Position numbers and translations under genes: made by a program. Positions 52,967 to 64,000 of a DNA stretch of 64,000 bases are shown here, one piece after another. Source of the stretch: Ptychomitrium polyphyllum (Eukaryota); assembly GCA_973851085.1 (NCBI GenBank), contig OZ316776.1, positions 2,170,001-2,234,000 on the forward strand. Direction: 5' to 3'. Under the pieces are notes generated by a model. That model had not been told where the DNA came from and did no database searches. It was given only the letters and a program-made list of their open reading frames with translations. Within the stretch, counting starts at the first letter, position 1. Each line of letters opens with the position of its first letter.

Positions 52967-54932
52967 AGCGCTACGGAGTGGCTTCCTCAGGACGGCGGCT
53001 TAGGAAACCGGTGCGCGTCGGGAGCACATGGAGCCCAGCACAGGGGAGATGCGTGGGTGTGTTGGGGAGGCCGAAGGCGGCCCACCTATTCGTCCGCAAT
53101 GCGGGCCACGTCAACGAGCATCGCAGATTCGGTGGTTCCGCTACAGATGCGGCGTGCGCACCACACTCGTCGTCGCAAAGGCTCTTCGGAGGTTTAGCTA
53201 GCAGGGGCGTCGACCGTCATGTTTGATCCGTCATGCGTGCCCTCTTGACGGCATCGGAAGGGCTTTTCCGCCTGTGTATTCTATATTCTTTTCAATGCAG
53301 CATGACCAGTACGAGCTGTCACGAAAGCAGCAACATATGTTTGATATCATAGGGTCGTTCTGAGACCGAACCCTTCCGTCACCCACGCTCTCACTCGCTT
53401 CACTTCCTCTGCGTCCATGACCGGAGCGCATTTACGCACAGAAGGATGTTTCAAACACTGGAGAGCAACCGAGTGTCGTTCCTGCTTTGCTTCTCTTGCC
53501 CTGAGAGCTCCTTGGGGACGCGCTGTTGCCTTCTTTTGCTCCGCGGGGAGCCCCTTCAGGGTGGTCGTGAGTCTTGCGCTGCTCCGGGAGAACATCGGCC
53601 GTTCTCTTTCCTGAGCTTTGTGAGGATCCGTGCAAAATCGTGGTCTTTCTTTTCTCGTTCCGCGAGACTGGAAGAGGAGTTTGGAAGGCAGAACTCGTAC
53701 TTGAGAGTCATCGTGCGTGATGTGTGAAACTCGGAGCACGTCTGGATGGATGATCGTTCTTGGTGCCGTCTTCTCTGACGTGTGCTTGATACTGGGAGGC
53801 TTTAGTGTGACCTCCCAATGTCAAGTGTGCATGTGCACATGTTCCCTTCGTGAGGCCTTTCGTGTGATGCTTCCATGTGTGGACGTTAGTTCCTCGACCC
53901 TCCTCCCCGTGCTGTATGTACATGCTCGGAGCTGGGAGAGGTCATGGCTTCAGAGCTTCTAAAGAAGTCCTCGCCCCTTGCATCGATCCATTTCGGGCGT
54001 GCGTTGTGCCTGTAACGTCCATCCTAGCGCGCCTTTGGCTCTTCAGTTCTTTACTATAGATCCTTCAGGGCACCGTCTTCCAAAGACGAACGAACGCGAT
54101 ACACGATATTTCAGGAGGGCAGTGTTCGTGCGAAAATAACGATATATCTCGACAACATACATTTAGAGCTCAAGGGGTCCTTAGCACACTCGAGTTCTTG
54201 CCAGCCCCAAGAATCCGTCCCGTTCAGGCTCAGCGTAGGGACCCGTGGGGAAGCTCCGGGTTACCGGTGCCAGCGGCGGGTGCAACTCCAGAGGGTGGTG
54301 CGAGCTCCTGTTCGGCAACGCTACGCCGTCCCCGTTCCAACTCAACGACAAGCTCACGAACAGATCGCACGTAAGCAGAACGCGTCGCGCTCACACCCGA
54401 CGACCGACCCTACGAACTATCGGACGCAGTCTGCACGCGCCCCTGAACAGGGACCAAGACGACGTGCCGCGAAAAACGGGCTCACGCCAGCGAACCCCGC
54501 AACAACCGACAGATACCAGATCCAGAGGTCGGATGGAAGGGGCACTCCGGCAGACCCATCGCAGGATGTGATCTCAGAGGTCGGCGAGGGCGATTCCCGG
54601 AGCGACTGGCCTCGAGGGCTCGGTCCATGTTTCCGGACCCTTCCAAGTCCAGCCTCTGGAGGACTCGGGGCGTCGTCATGGGAATGCAGACAGGGAATGT
54701 GGGCCACGGATGCATGCGTCTGACCGTCACCATACCCATCGTGCACGCGCCAGCGAACAGGAACCCACAAGTGCAAACGAACGAACACCCATGCCTCACA
54801 CAAACACTCCAATTCCAAGACCATTCTGCCCGGCAGACGGTCGGGTCGTGTGCCACAATGTCCGTCCAGTGACGCTTTTATTGCATTCACGGTCCCACAA
54901 GGCAAACAGGACCCAACGAGCACTGCAATCCC

Positions 54933-57900
54933 CTACTGCCCCGTCTCTGCCTGGCGCTTTGCCAGCGTGGAAGTGCACTGGGCCATTGTTCGCGACGCTC
55001 GAGAAATCGCGTCCGTCATGTAGTAGTTGTCGATGGCCTTCGGGAGGGGAGACGACTCCAACGCTGCCGTCGGTCGCGTGTCCAGGTCCAGCGACCACCC
55101 CGTCGCCAACTCCACCTCGTCCACTCGCAACAGGTTTGGAGCCACGGCCAGCATGCGAGCCCTCAGCCCGTTTGCGCTGTCGTACGGAAGCGTCTTCCCT
55201 GCAACTTCCGACAGCGCACGGATGATCTTCCAGTCGTCGCGAGCGTCCCCCACCGTCGGCACCGCCGGGCTCGTCTGCTGCGCACGCCCCTCCACGTTCT
55301 CGTAGGTGCCCTCCTTCTCCGTGTAAGCCGCACCCGGGAGGATCACGTCGGCCCTGTACGCGCTGCGGTCTCCGTGGTGCCCCTGGTACACCACGAAAGC
55401 GTCCTCCGGGATATCCGCGGGGGTCAGGTCGTCGGCTCCCAGAAGATACAAGAACTTCGCCGCACACTTCCCTGCCCTCGCCCCTGGCACGAACCCCAGA
55501 TCGCGCGCCGCCGCCTGGCTCGCGTTCAGCAGCAGGACGTTGGCCCCGAACCAGTCGTCCCGGATCAGCCCGCTCTGCTGGGCGATGATGTCCAACGCAG
55601 ACATGATCGCCGCCCTGTCCGACCGCTCCAGCGCCCCGCTGCCCACGATCACCACCGGCCGTTCCGCCGAAGCCAGCTCCGCGCAGAATGGGTGTCGCCC
55701 TTCCGCGATCTCCAGAACCGTGTCGCTGCTCGCGCCCAGGTGCTGGTGGGGGTAGGTCAGATCCACCTCGGGGCCCACCACGGCCACCTTCGCCTTGTTG
55801 AACCTCACTGCCTTCCTCAGCCTCGCGTTCACCATCGGCGCCTCCCATCGGAGCTGCAACCAAACAACCACACGCCAGGACAACACGTCGGCACCACACG
55901 CTCGCGCACCGGCATCGCTGCCCAAAAACCCACCGCATTCAACCCGGCCATCAATCCCGTCTCCAAGGCTCCGCTGGGCTTACCTGAGTTCCGATCAGCA
56001 GGCACACGTCTGCCCGCTCCAGTGCGGCGATGCCCGTGTTCAGCAGGAACCTCGACCTCAGGTCCGCATCCACGGACTTGCCGTCTCCCTCCGCCCACAG
56101 CCGCTCGCACCCCATCCTGTTCAGAAAGTCCTTCAGCGCCAACATCGACTCCGCGTCCGCCAGCTTGCCGGCCACGCCGCCCATCTCCTCGGGCCTCACC
56201 CTGTAAGCTGCTTCCGCAACGGCCTCCAGAGCGTCCTTCCAGGACACCGCCTGCAACTGCCCGTCCGGACGACGGATCATCGGCTCGCTCAATCGCTGAC
56301 GCTTCAGTCCATCGTAGCTGAACCTCGCCTTGTCCCCGATCCACTCCTCGTTGATCTCCTGCACCGCACACATTCCGCACCCAGACGTCACGGCCCACGA
56401 AACCCCACGCGCCAGGCCCGCGCCGGAACTCGGCGTGCCACCGCCGGTTCCGACACGGCCGTCGCGCTCCCAGACCCACCGCCTCTCCACGGCGTCCTCG
56501 ACCCTCCTGCAACTCCCGCGCACGGTCGCTCCCAACCCTCCCGACCCCACGACTGACCTAATCCAGACTGGCCTCCACAACGCACCTCATGCAGACGGGG
56601 GATGATTCGCATCACTTCCGGCCCACGGCTGTTGATGCGGATGTTCGATCCAACCGCGTCCAGAACGTCGATACTCTCCGTGCTCTTCAGCTCCCACGGC
56701 CTTGCCGTGAACGCATACGGCTTCGACGTCAGCGCACCCACCGGACACACGTCGATCACGTTGCCCGACAACTCGCTCGTCATCAGGTTCTCCACGTACG
56801 TTCCGATCTCTTCGCTCCCTCCACGGCCCAGAACGCCCAGATCCTCCACGCCGGCAATCTCCTTCGCAAACCTGACGCACCTGGGATACGCTCCAATTCC
56901 ATGCACATCGTCAGTCACCGCAACTCCCGTGCTCGGATTCACCTCCAGACACCATGCGGGCCACGCAGGGTGGCGACGCGATCACATCAGCGTTCCATCA
57001 CGGCTGATCTCGTGCCGTCCCCGCATGGGCCCGGGTCTCCCTCGCCCGCCCACACGCAAACATCGACCTCCCCCCCGCCACCAAAGCCAAGACCTCCTCA
57101 CAGCAACCACTCCCACTCCCGACGCCCTAACACACACGGAGAGCCACCCGATGCGGTACCGCCGGGCGCGCATTGCGACACACAGCCCACGGCGATCCCG
57201 CACGACCGCGATCGAATGCAAACCCGATCCCTCCCGCCGGATCCTCCGTGCCAGCCAAAGGAACTCACCTGGTACATTGGATGCATCGCGTCATGATGGT
57301 CTTCACCAGGGGTCCCAGGTTCTTGTCCAGCACCGACCTCTTCGTGTCGATGAAACGCCCTCGGTCGGATCCGAACACCATCGACTGGTCCTGCAGATCG
57401 CACTCTCCGCCCTGGTCGCAGATGGGGCAGTCCAGCGGATGGTTCATCAGCAGAAACTCCATCACTCCCTCGCGCGCCTTCTTCGCCAGCGGGGTGTCGG
57501 TCTTGATCTTCATACCTGCCACCCATCCACCCTCTCAGCATCCCCTCGCCGCCACACGCCCTACACTCTATGCACCCCACACCCTATGCCACACAACATC
57601 ACTCGCATGCCATGGAAGCTCGGGTCTCGAATTCCGGGGACTCCAACCTGGCAGGGCGGGCATGGCGCACGACGCCACAGGCTTCGGCGTCTTCTCCACC
57701 TCCACCAGGCACATGCGGCAATTCCCCGCGATGGACAGCCGGCTGTGGTAGCAGAACCTGGGAATCGTCACCCCACCCAGCTCGCACGCCTGCAGCACCG
57801 TCATGCCCTTGGGCACCTGCACGGCCGCCCCATCCACGCTCACCTCGATCGTCTCCACCTCCGCCTTCTCGGGCCTGGCCCTGCTCGACGCCACGGCGGC

Positions 57901-58119
57901 ACTGCTGGACTGCCGCACACCGCCCAGCGACCCTCGCAGCGCACCCCTGCCATCCCAAGTCCTCTCCGCGGCCTGGTGCCGATGACGGAGGTGCGACGAC
58001 GCGGGCGCGACGGCGTCACACACGCCCGCGGCTCCCGTCTGCCTCAAGCAGGTGCGGAACAAGGGCGCGGCTGCCACCTCCTGCAGCAGCCTCACCGTCT
58101 GCCGCCCCCTGCAGCCCAT
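54933..58119 (-). CDS. NDUFS1: NADH:ubiquinone oxidoreductase 75-kDa Fe-S subunit (complex I), mitochondrial precursor, 5 exons
   Basis: [105 protein letters not shown] and [12 protein letters not shown]. Confidence 0.96.
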
Positions 58120-61100
58120 CCTCCCCGCCTGGCCCCTCCCTCGCCTCCGCCCTGCAAACCCCGAGGCCGAACCGCCCCCTGCACAGCACAGAGCTCGTCA
58201 AGCGATGTGCAGCGGTGCATCCCCGCCTCCCAGAACTATCCGATGCCAGGGCCCGGGCCCCGAACTCACAGCAACCCCGCCCTGCTCATCACGAATCGCA
58301 CTGTCAAAACTTCTTGTTGCGTAGGTTGCCCTATATCAGAGCGTCGTCGTATGTGTTCGCGCATTCTTCGTTCCAGTGGCCGTGAAGTTTGAGTGACGTG
58401 ACCACCGCAGTTGTTCTGTTTTCGAGTATGAATCAGGGTTATCTTATTGTCGCAATACGAAAGCCCTGGAAGTGAGAACAGGGTTCGCTTTTTATTGTCG
58501 ACTTGACTTTATTCGTTTCCGTTTAGTCCTGCCTTTTCGACTCTTCGACTTTGGCTAGTTCGTATAGATGACGGGTTACAATTCCAGGCTCTTAGTTCCT
58601 TAGCTTTTGCTTTCTTCGTTTCCTCTTGCTGGTCTCTGCTTTGTGCTCCGTTGTCCTCGAGTCGATTGCGGCCGTTTTGATGTTGGAAAGAAGATTCTAT
58701 TGGAAGTTGGGAGCACCTGAATTTTGACAAGAGACAGAATATCTCTTATAAGGAAGTACTTTCTGGTAGTCGAACTTCGAACTTTGAATGTGTTCTGAAA
58801 CCTTCATTTGTTGCGAAAACCAAATGTACAATCAAAACAATTTGAAACTACAGAATGCGGTCGCGGAATTACAGGCATCAAATACTCATATTAAACTGTT
58901 TATTTGTTTGTATGTACGTAGTGTATATATTTAAACTTCAAATGTTTAAGTTTTGTAAAATTATATTTTTGGTAGTGAATCCTCAAACTTATTACATATA
59001 ATCTATTAAGGTATGAATTCATTAAGTTGTCAGCAAAACATGAAATAAATGTTGTATTCTAGCATGATTGATTCATCCATTGTATAGCATATGATGTGGC
59101 TTGGCTTGTTCCACTATTTGTTAAATCTAAATATCTTCTTTTAGTAATCTTTTGAATTTAGGAGTTTTTGAATGCATGAAAAATATACTTTTGTGTGAGG
59201 TTCTTGTTTATAAGTTATTTTATTATTTGTCAGATCCAATTATATTTTATTTTATTTTTTTAAATTCAATATGAGAATTCTTTGATGCATGAAGGAGACA
59301 TTTTATATACAAGAATCTTCACTTCATATGTTATTTATTAGCCATTTGATTTATAAGAACACATGAGAACAAATTCTCTTGTACTAGCTTTTTTAAATTA
59401 CAACTTTATGAGTAGTATTTATATATATAATGCCAATTTATAATGACTTTTACTCTAGCAAATTGCAAATGCATCTTAGAATTTTGCCTATAAATTTGCA
59501 ATAAAATATCAATTGTTGCAATTTTAATGTGTATATATTGATTGAGCAACTCAAGGATTATTAATGCATTTAAACTTCTTGAATACAAGAATACTATCTT
59601 TTAATATTATGTCCAATAATGCTAGAATGTTGATGTATATATTACATATGCTATTGCTATTCATTTATTAACTTTTAATGGCATATAAGTAATACAACTA
59701 TTGTACAATTATTCTAATTTTTTTGTGTAAAATTGAAGAATATCATATATCAAATATAATAAATGATATATATCATTTAATGACATGTTTTAGTAGAATT
59801 ACAATTACAAACCTATAAAGGTTCATGCTATAAAAACTTATAGCAAATTTGATAACGATGGTGAAAATAACTACCAATATTATTGTGAATAAATTTTTAA
59901 TGTTTATTATTACCAAAAGTGGGTAAATCAAGCTTTTAACATTGTAGTACATAGTGAAGTTTAGAATAATAGTATTTTATTAGTACAACATTAAAAATTT
60001 ACCTTTTTGTTTCTTCAAAGTTTAATCCATACAACAAATCATCAAAAGTTTGTTCTTTAGCAATGTTTTATTAATACATTGAGATGTTATTTAATGATTT
60101 TTCTTTTGCTCTTCAACTTTAACCACAATTACTAGAAATCCATCATATATTTTTACAAACATAACAAAGCAGATTTGAGTGATCAACAAAATAATATTAC
60201 AAATCGTGTAAGATAATTCTTTTCCAATTCTCCTTTATTAAAATTGGTTTAAAAAGTAATCATAAATTAAAAACAAAATCATTGATTGTTGATCAATATA
60301 GAAGAACATAAAGATAAAAGAGCAAATTCAAAACAAAGTAATAGATAAATTATAATTTCAAACTATCAAAACATAATGATACATGTTAAATGGCATGCAA
60401 TTGAAGTTAAGTTTGTTAACAAAATGAATAATATTAAACTAAAATGTTATAAATAAACATATGGTTATTATTACAATAGAATTTATAAATTACATTGAAC
60501 TCAAATTATAAGAAAATATTGGTTTTTACTAAATTGATGCATTTGAAGTATTTTATTTATAAAAACTTGTTTGATGTTTTTGTTAAATGACTATATGTAA
60601 ATACAACTTGTCATAAGATTGACATTTGTATATCAAAAGCATATTTATGAAGAAAAAAAAGTTCAAGGAATTTCTTAAAAACATGTTCTTATATGTTCTA
60701 GCTTATGATTCTTTTCAAACCAAGCAACCAAATTTTCTTTCAATTTGATTAATTAATCAATATTAAATAAGGAACATGATGGTAATATGGAACCAAGAAG
60801 TAAGTGTGGTGTAGTAAACAATATGACGTAGTGAAGTAGATTAGATAAATATGTCTTCAAAAATTGACATTTAAATACATTTGAAAACATTTAAATACAT
60901 TCAAATTGATACTTACACATTGAATATAAGCATATTTTTTTGAAATATAGAATAATAAGAAAACAAAGTATTAATTAAAAACAACTTTTTTGCATATGTC
61001 GATAATATAGCAATATAGATTTGATAATATAGTAAATGTTGTGTGGTGTGTGATTGCCTATTTAAACAACTGAAGTTTACAACAACAAACAATATGTTAT

Positions 61101-64000
61101 TTTATAGTACATTTCATATTAACATACATTAATTTAGAATTAGTAAATCTAGAAGAAATGTTTTACTTGAAATAACACAATAATAAAAATAATAAAAACA
61201 TTAATAGTAATATTATTAATAAATCATAATGGTAATAAATATAGTAATAACATTTTAAAAATCGTTAATTATTTCATAATTAAAGTTTTTATTCATTTTA
61301 CAATTAGAAAATTCTAATGGATAACAATCTCATCAAATCTTATTAGTTACAGTGTGAAAGCGGCATGCTATTGGTGGTTGAGAGACAAAACTATAGTTCA
61401 ATTAAAATTATAGAGATTCTTTTTATATGGCATTGGAACTACTTCTAATTCTATATATGGTTTATCTTTTTCTTGATTATATTGTTTGGAACATTCAGCT
61501 TTTATGGGTAAGAATAAACGTATTATAAAATTAAATGCCCGTTGAAGTAATCAATGCAATGACTATATGAATCTTGGATTCTGGAATGAAGTCATTGATA
61601 GTGCAAACAATAATATTGCAAGATAGCATTGAGCAGCAAGCCAGATGCCTTAGAGCAATTATTTTAGGAAAAAGACTTTGAAGTGATAAGTGTTGTTTTT
61701 AGGCCTGTAGTAGTTTTAGTCCATGGTAATGAGGCTCAAAGTTATGATGTTTAAAGTGGTGTAATATTGCTACTTAGTGCTTTTTATATTTTGGAGTACA
61801 TTTTGAAGTTTTCTTTTGGTTTGCTCTCATATGTATTGGATTATGAAACATGATTTTAGATGAACAATTATGGTTTTTAGTTTATGTTGTAAGAGAAATT
61901 TTCCACGCAAGAACTTAGGAACGTGTAGTATAATCACAAATTAGAATAATTAAGATTATGATATATTCTAAGATTTTTTATGAGATTTGTTTGCTATCAT
62001 ATGTAGAGAAAGACAAATTTTTTAATTTTATATGCTACACAAAATGAAGTAAAAAATTACAATTCTTTAGTTTAGTTTTTTATAAAAGACATGCATATTA
62101 TGATTTGTTGTTATCACCATAAATTATGATATTTGTACACGTAAATTAAAAGATTTGAGTTTGTAGAACGCATTTTGATTTTATTAAGAAGTCTACTTGC
62201 TAATAATTAGAACTTTCCACTTGCTTTCAATGAGTGTGGTTTTTGAAATTTTTGTTTAAGTTGTTTTTAATTTCTTCTTTGGTATTTGAGTTGCTAGTAC
62301 GTATTATATTTTCTTGTGGATTATGACCTTTTCATGTGGCATACAACATTATCACGAAAATTGTGTTATATATTCCAACAATTAGTGCAGAAATGTCTTT
62401 CCTATTAGCCATTATGAAAGTATTTTTGAGATAAGAACAATCTCTTTAAGTTGTCAAGAGAAGCCATGTTTAATTCAACATTATTTTCATACTATTACCA
62501 ACCTACTTAGTCTACTACTAAATACTACTAAGTTTTCCATGTAGTACAATCGGACTTTAGTTATTCATTCTATTTTCTATTATTTTAAATGATCGATCTA
62601 GATTAAAAGTTATATAATGTGGAACCTGAAAGACTGGTGTTTAAAGTTCTCAATTTAGAATTGTGGATGTGTGTATATTTCTTAATTTTAAATATTGTGT
62701 TTGTGTATTAATATTTGTTTTGTGTTTTATTGTGTTTGGCTTTTAAGTCCTTTATAATACTCTTATTATGGTAACCTTTGTTCGTGTCTTTAATTCTCAC
62801 AATTCTTTTATTTAATATTTATGAACCCTAACAAATGGTTTTCCATCTTCTCCATCAAACATTTAGTACCTAAAATGCCCATGTCAAAAAAAAGGTGTAA
62901 ACTAATCCTTGGCAATTAACAACTTCATTCCATAATATGGAAGAATCACATTTCAAACATGTTGGATCATCGTTACCATATAATTTGTTCAATTCGCCCT
63001 TAAAAAAAACCTTCATCACTAGTATATGGTCCGTTGATAAAAGGACAACCCTGCCCGATCACTGGACTGAGGGTCGCTTGGAGTCCTTGCCTCAATTCAA
63101 CGGCCAATTAGAAGAGAACACAAGGAAACTTGTATTTTTGATTGGGAACCTAGCCAGGTTAGCATATACACTAGAGAATGCTAGGGTATATATTTAGAGA
63201 ACGCTAGGGAACCTATTTAGAGAACGGTAGGGAACATATTGCATGAACGCATTCTGGCATTTTGATTAATCTCTCCTCAGTGTGATGGATCTTTACAAGA
63301 TCTGTGATGGCGGACGAGGAGTGAGACATCAGTAGGGCTTCTGTTTTCAGAGAACTGGGATGCGCAGCTGCCTCCATGGTGGTATCTGCTGATACCCGGG
63401 GAATATAATAGTGCCCCTCCGCAGATTCACCCAAGGAGGTACCTGCTGACACTCGGGGAATTGAGTAGAGCTCCACTGCAGATACCTCCACAGGCCCCAC
63501 GGGTAGGATCTTTTACACGCAGGAGGGTGTAAGAAGGGGTATCACCCCTGCGTCCGTCTGTGGCAGTTCATATTCAGACTAACTTTGCTCTTCTCGGCAT
63601 GACACGTAACTGCTATAGTATTTTTTGCAGGCTTCCAAATCAATGGCAGTGAGTTATTTGAGATTTTCTTCCGATATTTATGTGGAAAGATGGTCAACCG
63701 AACGACTCTGAAAACCGTCAATCAGGTCTACTACATTTCTCATCTATTGTAAGACCGATCAGTGGGTCCTGGTAATCACACATTGATACCATTCGTTTGC
63801 ATTAAAGGTCAAGTATACTTCCTACTCTGTCGAACAGCTAAACGAGTGAAACTCCCTGCACATGAGTTACCGTATATTGACGAGAGTGGGATTTGGACTT
63901 GGAAATATTCTCTAACCTGGTGCGGCGTTGTTGTGTGGGGCTCCAATGCCTGTGGCAGCTGTCTGCTTTCAAAATCCCGTAATACAAGGAATAAGAAAGA

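Noticed and set aside
53347..53960. ORFs between the IMPDH and NDUFS1 3' ends
   Set aside because: No recognisable domain or consistent exon structure; expected by chance at this GC content.
49916..58392. Many long overlapping or antisense ORFs (e.g. 50689-52050, 50693-51871, 56602-58392)
   Set aside because: These are shadows of high GC and strong GC3 bias in IMPDH and NDUFS1. The products are low-complexity Arg/Pro/Gly/Ala-rich with no motifs.
46400..58400. GC island as a bacterial or fungal horizontal transfer
   Set aside because: The genes have spliceosomal introns, a mitochondrial presequence and plant-type sequences; ZFPL1 is eukaryote-specific.
58900..62900. Genes or a specific TE family in the AT-rich right flank
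   Set aside because: Only short, stop-ridden frames are present; probably decayed repeats, but no motif could be identified reliably.

Overview
Eukaryotic, intron-rich land-plant nuclear DNA. Gene content and style suggest a moss, most plausibly Physcomitrium or a relative (inference). A gene-dense core of about 56 kb lies between AT-rich, decayed flanks. Twelve spliced or intronless genes look intact: an RbfA-family protein (+), organellar RecA (-), SAICAR synthetase (-), ALG8 glucosyltransferase (+), lipid-A-disaccharide synthase LpxB (-), UDP-sugar pyrophosphorylase (+), a nucleotide-diphospho-sugar transferase (-), a LYR-motif protein (-), an N2227/carnosine N-methyltransferase-like protein (-), ZFPL1 (-), IMPDH (+) and the complex I 75-kDa subunit (-). 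There is also a CDC20 pseudogene, a pogo/Tigger-like transposase C-terminal relic and an unidentified hydrophobic ORF. Most notable: (1) the LpxB carries cyanobacterial rather than proteobacterial signature motifs plus a ~90-aa N-terminal extension, suggesting a retained plastid lipid-A-type pathway enzyme, and it sits head-to-head with UDP-sugar pyrophosphorylase; (2) a sharply bounded ~12-kb GC/CpG-rich island covers exons, introns and intergenic DNA of three housekeeping genes; (3) the RbfA gene, probably mitochondrial, is only visible if a GC-AG intron is used. Exon boundaries and family assignments were read by eye, and no database search was run.
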